From Clostridia bacterium (lineage in GTDB: Bacteria; Bacillota; Clostridia; Christensenellales; Borkfalkiaceae), in contig JAFTPK010000005.1 in assembly GCA_017463325.1 (NCBI GenBank), positions 7,094-71,093 of the forward strand: a stretch of 64,000 bases of DNA, read 5' to 3'. Each line of letters begins with the position of its first letter. Within the stretch, counting starts at the first letter, position 1. A model generated the notes under the pieces. It saw nothing but the letters and a program-made list of their open reading frames with translations, was not told where the DNA came from and made no database searches. Of the stretch, positions 54,789-64,000 are shown piece by piece. A program made the position numbers and the translations under genes.

Positions 54789-56966
54789 CTAACTTAAATT
54801 CGCGGGGTTTTCTTCAACGGAAACGAGCACCCCTTTTCCTCCGTATTCCGCGCACGCCGCATAAATTTCGGGCAGCGCGTCCGTCTTTGCCAGCCGCATC
54901 AAAACTTGATAGCGGTATTTATTTTCTATCCGCTTGATGGGCGCCGCCATTTTATCGAAAAAGAGGAAGTCCTCCCGATACCGCCCATACACCTCTTCCA
55001 GCGCAAAATACGCATTCTTGAACGCTTCCAGCGTCGCCTTTTTATCCTCTCCCGAAACAAGCACTCTCACAATCTTGGAAAAAGGCGGAAAAGCCGCCGC
55101 CGCACGAAGGGATATTTCGTTCTCGTAAAAGCCCTCGTAATCGTAACGGCAAGCAAAACGGAGCACGTCGTTTTCGGGACTGTACGTCTGTAAGACCACC
55201 TTGCCCTTTTCCTCCGCTCGGCCGCTTCTGCCCGCCACCTGCGTAATGAGCTGAAAGGTACGCTCGCCGCTACGATAATCGGAAAAATGCAAGCTCATAT
55301 CCGCGTCGAGGATCCCGACGAGGGTTACGGAGGGAAAGTCGTGTCCTTTGGCGATCATCTGTGTTCCGACGAGAATATCCGCCTCCCGCTCGCCAAAGCG
55401 TTTTAAAATTTTATAATGCCCCTCTTTGCCGCTCGTCGTATCGTTGTCCATACGCAAAACGCGCGCACTCGGGTACAGCTTTTGTAGCTCCGAAACGATC
55501 TTTTGCGTTCCCGTACCCGCATACGAGAGCTTTTTGGAGCCACATTCAAGGCAGCCCGTCGGCATTTCGTATTTCGCGCCGCAGTAATGGCACTTTAAAC
55601 AGTCCTCTTCCCTATGATAGGTAAGGGAAACGTCGCAAGCGTCGCACTTAGCCACGTACCCGCAATCCTTACAAATAACCGACTGCGAATACCCACGGCG
55701 GTTTAAAAACAAAATCGCCTGCTTTTCTTGCGCCAAACAAGCCTCCAACTCCTCTTTGAGGGTAGCGGAAAAGGGGGAATGATTGCCCCGCTTTGCCTCC
55801 CGCCGCATATCGACGATCTCAATTTCAGGCATGGGACGCTTGTTGATGCGTTTCTTTAAGGGGATCAAATGAAACTCCCCCTCCAACGCTTTTTTATACG
55901 TTTCGACGGCGGGCGTTGCGCTCCCTAAAACAAGCTTACAGCCACCCGATTTTGCCCGCAATCTCGCCACCTCAAAAGTGGAATAACGCGGGGCAGTTTC
56001 GCTAAAATAACTGCCGTCGTGCTCCTCGTCCACAATGATAACGCCAAGGTTTTCCAAAGGGGCGAACACCGCGCTTCTTGCGCCGATTGCAATCTTCGCC
56101 TCGCCCGTTCTAAGCCTCCACCATTCGTCAAACCGCTCGCCCGCGGAAAGTCCGCTGTGTAAAATGGCTGCGTTTTTCCCAAACCTCGCGCGAAGCTGAG
56201 AAAGCATTTGCGGAGTTAAGGAAATTTCAGGCACGAGAAAAATCGAGCTTTTCCCCTCTTTCAAACAATCGGCGATCAGCGTCAAATAGATCTCCGTTTT
56301 GCCGCTCCCCGTCACGCCGTGGATAAGCTGCACCGTCCTCCCGTCCTCTTTAACTGCCTTTACGGCGGCTAACTGATCGGGGGTCAACACGCGCGGAGGC
56401 GCGATCCCCTCCACGCTCTTGTACGGGTCGCGCTTAATCTGCTCTTGCGTCACCGTCAAGCACCCCTTTTCTTCCAACGCGCGGACGATCCCACCGCCAA
56501 ATAAGCGATTTAGCTCCGCACTTTCCGTCTTGCCGTTCTCTTCCAAATACCGTGCGGCGGCAAGCTGTTTTTTCGCAGAGGCGCGAAAGGACAGGTTTTC
56601 CAAGGGAGCGCGAAGCTCCACGAAACGGCGGGTCAGCTCTCTCACCTTTCCCGTCCGCATTTCCGCAGGCAGGAACAATCGGAGCGAGAGCGCAAGCGGC
56701 ACGCGGTAGCGCGCGGCGATTTTTTTCGCAAGCGACAGACATTCGGGAGTAAGAGCGGGAAGCTCGTCCTCTTCGGGAATCACCTTTTTCAGTTTTTCCA
56801 CGGGATAGTCGGAGCTTTCTTTCAATCGCACGACGAAACCGGGCAACGTTCTCGGTCCAAACGGCGCGCGAACGCGTGCGCCCGCCGTGATACGGTCGTC
56901 GCACAAATATTCAAACACCTTGTCCGTTTCGCCCGAGGCGATATCCACGATAACTTCCGCGATCAT
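54789..56966 (-). CDS. priA: Primosomal replication restart helicase PriA
   Basis: Motif I GVTGSGKTE and DEEH box VDEEHD. Cys-rich zinc insert (CKDCG...CDACD...CHYCG...CLECG). Start taken at MIAEVIV; an ATG 4 codons upstream is also possible. Confidence 0.9.
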   Translation of the reverse strand: MIAEVIVDIASGETDKVFEYLCDDRITAGARVRAPFGPRTLPGFVVRLKESSDYPVEKLKKVIPEEDELPALTPECLSLAKKIAARYRVPLALSLRLFLPAEMRTGKVRELTRRFVELRAPLENLSFRASAKKQLAAARYLEENGKTESAELNRLFGGGIVRALEEKGCLTVTQEQIKRDPYKSVEGIAPPRVLTPDQLAAVKAVKEDGRTVQLIHGVTGSGKTEIYLTLIADCLKEGKSSIFLVPEISLTPQMLSQLRARFGKNAAILHSGLSAGERFDEWWRLRTGEAKIAIGARSAVFAPLENLGVIIVDEEHDGSYFSETAPRYSTFEVARLRAKSGGCKLVLGSATPAVETYKKALEGEFHLIPLKKRINKRPMPEIEIVDMRREAKRGNHSPFSATLKEELEACLAQEKQAILFLNRRGYSQSVICKDCGYVAKCDACDVSLTYHREEDCLKCHYCGAKYEMPTGCLECGSKKLSYAGTGTQKIVSELQKLYPSARVLRMDNDTTSGKEGHYKILKRFGEREADILVGTQMIAKGHDFPSVTLVGILDADMSLHFSDYRSGERTFQLITQVAGRSGRAEEKGKVVLQTYSPENDVLRFACRYDYEGFYENEISLRAAAAFPPFSKIVRVLVSGEDKKATLEAFKNAYFALEEVYGRYREDFLFFDKMAAPIKRIENKYRYQVLMRLAKTDALPEIYAACAEYGGKGVLVSVEENPANLS

Positions 56967-57014
56967 ACTCCGCTCCAAAAAGCCGAACGCCCCGAAAAGC
57001 TCGGGGCAATTCCG

Positions 57015-57236
57015 TTAGTCCTTGGCAATGACCACTTTGCCGCTTGCAATATCCTCGCACGCGGTGGTAAGTTCCTTCGGCTTTGCTTTCTGTTCGATCA
57101 CGCCGACGTTTCTTTCCGCTTCGAGAATTTGTCTTGCTCTCTTTGCCGCGATCGTGCAAAGCGCGTAACGGCTGATAGGTTCTTCCTCTGTCCCGAGCTT
57201 TCTGATCAGGACGTCTACTGCAGGTTCGTTTACCAT
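57015..57236 (-). CDS. rpoZ: DNA-directed RNA polymerase subunit omega
   Basis: ISRYALCTIAAKRARQI core motif. 73 aa. Conserved position between gmk and priA. Confidence 0.8.
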   Translation of the reverse strand: MVNEPAVDVLIRKLGTEEEPISRYALCTIAAKRARQILEAERNVGVIEQKAKPKELTTACEDIASGKVVIAKD

Positions 57237-57265
57237 ACTATTTATCTCCTTAAAACTTTTATTTT

Positions 57266-57823
57266 TTATTTTTCCTTTTCGCGATCAATCAGATCGGAAA
57301 ATTCCTCCAAGGCCTTTTCAAAATCGTCGTTAATAAGAACGTAGTCGTATTTTTCACTCTCTTTCATTTCGTATTCCAACCTCGAAAGCCGCCCGAGCAC
57401 CTCTTCCTCCGTTTCCGTCTTTCTGCCGAGCAATCGTCTTTTCAACTCCTCCACCGACGGCGGCGCAACGAAAATGAGAATACACTCGGGAAAAGCCTTT
57501 TTAGCGAGAAACCCACCCACGACGTCAATTTCCATAATCACGGATTTCGTCTTTAAGGTTTCCTTTACAAACGATTTGGGCGTTCCGTAATAATTGCCAA
57601 AGTGCTCGTCATATTCCAGAAAATCCCCCTCCGCAATGCGGCGGGAAAACTCCTCTTTACTCAGGAAAAAATACTCTCTCCCATTCACCTCGCCCTCGCG
57701 AGGCGCACGCGTCGTGCAAGACACCGACTCTACGACGTCCGCGCGCCGCTTTAAAAGGGTCTTGACAAGCGTTCCTTTCCCAACGCCCGACGGCCCCGAA
57801 ACCACCATCAATACGTTTCTCAT
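57266..57823 (-). CDS. gmk: Guanylate kinase
   Basis: P-loop GPSGVGKGTL, TTRAPREGE, GREYFF and YYGT motifs. Confidence 0.92.
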   Translation of the reverse strand: MRNVLMVVSGPSGVGKGTLVKTLLKRRADVVESVSCTTRAPREGEVNGREYFFLSKEEFSRRIAEGDFLEYDEHFGNYYGTPKSFVKETLKTKSVIMEIDVVGGFLAKKAFPECILIFVAPPSVEELKRRLLGRKTETEEEVLGRLSRLEYEMKESEKYDYVLINDDFEKALEEFSDLIDREKEK

Positions 57824-57947
57824 AAACTCCTCTTATTCTAAGTAAATTTTCGCTACGCTCCGTCAATTGCACGCAAGGTCGGCGTGCGCCTACGGAATAA
57901 TTCCGTAACGAATTGCAACGCTTTCCATTCACTTCTTATTCAATATT

Positions 57948-58814
57948 CTATACTTGCTCTCTGATTTTCTCAATCTCGTTTTTCAACGCAAGCCCTAGCC
58001 GCGTGATCGTCACGTCGTTGCTCTTCGAGCAGGTCGTGTTCGCCTCACGGTTGAATTCCTGCACCAAAAAGTCAAGCTTTCTTCCCACGATCGGCTCCTT
58101 GCAGATCTCGCGGAATTGCGCGATATGGCTGCCCAACCTCGTCAGCTCCTCGTCGATATTGCTCTTATCGGCGAACACGGAAACCTCGGTAAGCAGTCTG
58201 CCCTCGTCCGCCTGTACGCCGTCGAGATATTCTTTAACGCGCGTTTCTATCTTCTTTTTATATTCAAGAGAAATTTGCGGCGCGCGCTCGGCGATCTTCG
58301 CAACCGTATCTTCAATCGTCTGCACTCTCGCAAGCATATCCTCTTTGAGCTTTTCGCCCTCAACTTCCCGCATTTCGCCAAGCCGCGCAAGCGCCCCTTC
58401 GAGGGCAATTTTTAAGGCGTTTAACAGCTCCTCGTCCGCAGCCGCCTCTCCCTCGTCCGCTTTGAGCACCTCGGGATAACGCAATACGGAGGAAACGGTA
58501 ACGTCGAAGGCAAGCTCCGGAAATTCCTCCTTGATTTTTTTCGCGTTTTCCACGTACGCCCTTGCAAGCGCAAAATCAACGGCGATATTTTGCGGTTTTT
58601 CTCTTTTATCTTTTAACGAAACGTAAACGTCCACGTGTCCGCGCGTCATATAGGAACGCACCGTCTTGCGGATCACCTCGTCGTACGCCGTAAAGATACG
58701 GGGGGATTTCACCGAAACGTCCAAATAACGGTTGTTCACCGTCTTGACTTCGCAAACAAGCTCTATTCCGCCCTCTTTATATTCCCCTTTTCCGTAACCT
58801 GTCATACTCAACAT
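57948..58814 (-). CDS. yicC: YicC/YloC family endoribonuclease
   Basis: N-terminus MTGYGKGE...VKTVNNRYLD and a C-terminal DUF1732-like block DEELTRLGSHIAQF...GRKLDFLVQEFNREANT. Confidence 0.85.
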   Translation of the reverse strand: MLSMTGYGKGEYKEGGIELVCEVKTVNNRYLDVSVKSPRIFTAYDEVIRKTVRSYMTRGHVDVYVSLKDKREKPQNIAVDFALARAYVENAKKIKEEFPELAFDVTVSSVLRYPEVLKADEGEAAADEELLNALKIALEGALARLGEMREVEGEKLKEDMLARVQTIEDTVAKIAERAPQISLEYKKKIETRVKEYLDGVQADEGRLLTEVSVFADKSNIDEELTRLGSHIAQFREICKEPIVGRKLDFLVQEFNREANTTCSKSNDVTITRLGLALKNEIEKIREQV

Positions 58815-58946
58815 AATTTTTACCTCACGATATATGGTATATTATAACAAATATTTTTGAAAATTACAAGCCCTCGACGAAAGGTTTTTTTCTTTTTTTT
58901 ATAAAAAAAGGAAAAACGGGCGAATTTTTCGTCCGTTTCCCGTCCG

Positions 58947-63339
<4,393 letters not shown>

Positions 63340-63392
63340 AAGTAAAATTATTATATCATATTCCGTTTTATTTTGCAAGCAAACGGACGGTT

Positions 63393-63776
63393 TTAAAACC
63401 CCTCGAATTCACATTCCTTTTTGAAGCGGCGTAAGGCGCGCAAATAACGCTCGCTCAAATCCAAGGTATACCGCTGTTTTTCCTCGTAAGTGAGCTTGTC
63501 GTAAACCTCGTGGTCGGTCAGACGCCCGATTGCGTCGCTCACCTCCCCTTCAGAGAGCAGCATTTCTTTTACGCGTTCGTAAAACTCGTCCTGTTCTTCG
63601 CCGCGAATTTTCTTTTCCACGCCCTTTTTAAAATAGCGTTCCGCCTCCAACTCGTTCGCGCCGTTTTCGAGGGCAAGCTTCATCTTTTCCTCTTTTTCTT
63701 CCTTACATCTCGCCCAAAACCCGTTTTTCATTCTAAGCTTTGCAGCTTTCGCCGCGCCCTTTAAGCTACCTTTCAT
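63393..63776 (-). CDS. Hypothetical protein
   Basis: The ATG at 63776 lies behind a GGGAGAG RBS. K/E-rich 127 aa. No motif recognised. Confidence 0.5.
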   Translation of the reverse strand: MKGSLKGAAKAAKLRMKNGFWARCKEEKEEKMKLALENGANELEAERYFKKGVEKKIRGEEQDEFYERVKEMLLSEGEVSDAIGRLTDHEVYDKLTYEEKQRYTLDLSERYLRALRRFKKECEFEGF

Positions 63777-63817
63777 TGCTTTGCTCTCCCGTTTTACGAT
63801 CTTATTATACAAATTTC

Positions 63818-63849
63818 GACAAAGAAAAAAGCTCACTTTTTCTCGTGAG
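63818..63849 (-). terminator. Rho-independent terminator after rpsU
   Basis: On the minus strand: AAGCTCAC-GAGAAAAA-GTGAGCTT followed by TTTTCTTTG. Confidence 0.65.
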
Positions 63850-63861
63850 CTTCTTCTTTCG

Positions 63862-63999
63862 TTAATTTCTGCTGCGCTTTCTTGCCGCTTCGGATTTCTT
63901 CTTTCTTCTTACGGAAGGCTTTTCATAAAATTCCTTCTTACGAAGATCACCGATAATGCCGTCGCGAGAGCACTTTCTCTTAAAACGGCGCAATGCGCT
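63862..63999 (-). CDS. rpsU: 30S ribosomal protein S21, C-terminal 45 aa (5' end outside window)
   Basis: Not in the ORF track. My own minus-strand translation gives [45 protein letters not shown]. This carries the S21 hallmarks ALRRFKR and REFYEKPS. The TAA stop is at 63864-63862. Confidence 0.85.
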   Translation of the reverse strand, partial: SALRRFKRKCSRDGIIGDLRKKEFYEKPSVRRKKKSEAARKRSRN

Positions 64000-64000
64000 T

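Overview
The window has two parts.

(A) Positions 1 to about 35.5 kb are the right-hand 35 kb or more of an AT-richer integrative conjugative element (ICE). Nearly all of its genes are on the + strand.
- It starts with a tightly coupled six-gene operon built around a complete type III restriction-modification pair. A DUF2971-like gene sits between mod and res. A membrane-anchored hyper-acidic Cys/His protein and a SWIM zinc-finger protein follow res.
- Next is a regulatory block: an HTH-WYL regulator, a LexA/S24-type self-cleaving repressor, a Mu Com-like zinc ribbon, two tandem terminators and two paralogous sigma-70 region-4-like proteins.
- Next is a relaxosome and type IV secretion (T4SS) block: a MOBP-type relaxase, a VirD4-like coupling protein, a 1.4-kaa repeat-rich surface protein, a small 2-TM protein, a polytopic membrane protein and a VirB4-like ATPase.
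- Next is a block typical of the first-transferred 'leading region' of conjugative DNA: an ArdC-like ssDNA-binding protein, two orphan DNA methyltransferases, a primase-polymerase (PrimPol) and many small unknown ORFs.
- It ends with an excisionase-like HTH protein and a tyrosine integrase.
- At the right end there is a complete tRNA-Ser(UGA), then a cluster of TTTGTAGAAA repeats. Beyond these lies the 5' half of a different tRNA-Ser(UGA), cut off exactly after its anticodon loop and still preceded by a perfect TTGACA-17-TATAAT promoter.

(B) Positions 35.6-64 kb are GC-richer Firmicutes/Clostridia-type housekeeping DNA, mostly on the - strand. Genes called are: HAD hydrolase, PHP histidinol phosphatase, NlpC/P60 lipoprotein, comF, DUF368, DUF1846, degV, minD plus a minE-like gene, hisIE, recG, yloV, asp23, rpmB, rpe, rlmN, rsmB, fmt, def, priA, rpoZ, gmk, yicC, ligA, pcrA and partial rpsU.

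All functional calls rest on motifs read from the supplied translations and on hand-folded hairpins. No database search was run. The best candidate for an undescribed system is the six-gene type III R-M-derived operon (1-7930). The second most interesting observation is the disrupted host tRNA paired with an element-borne replacement tRNA.
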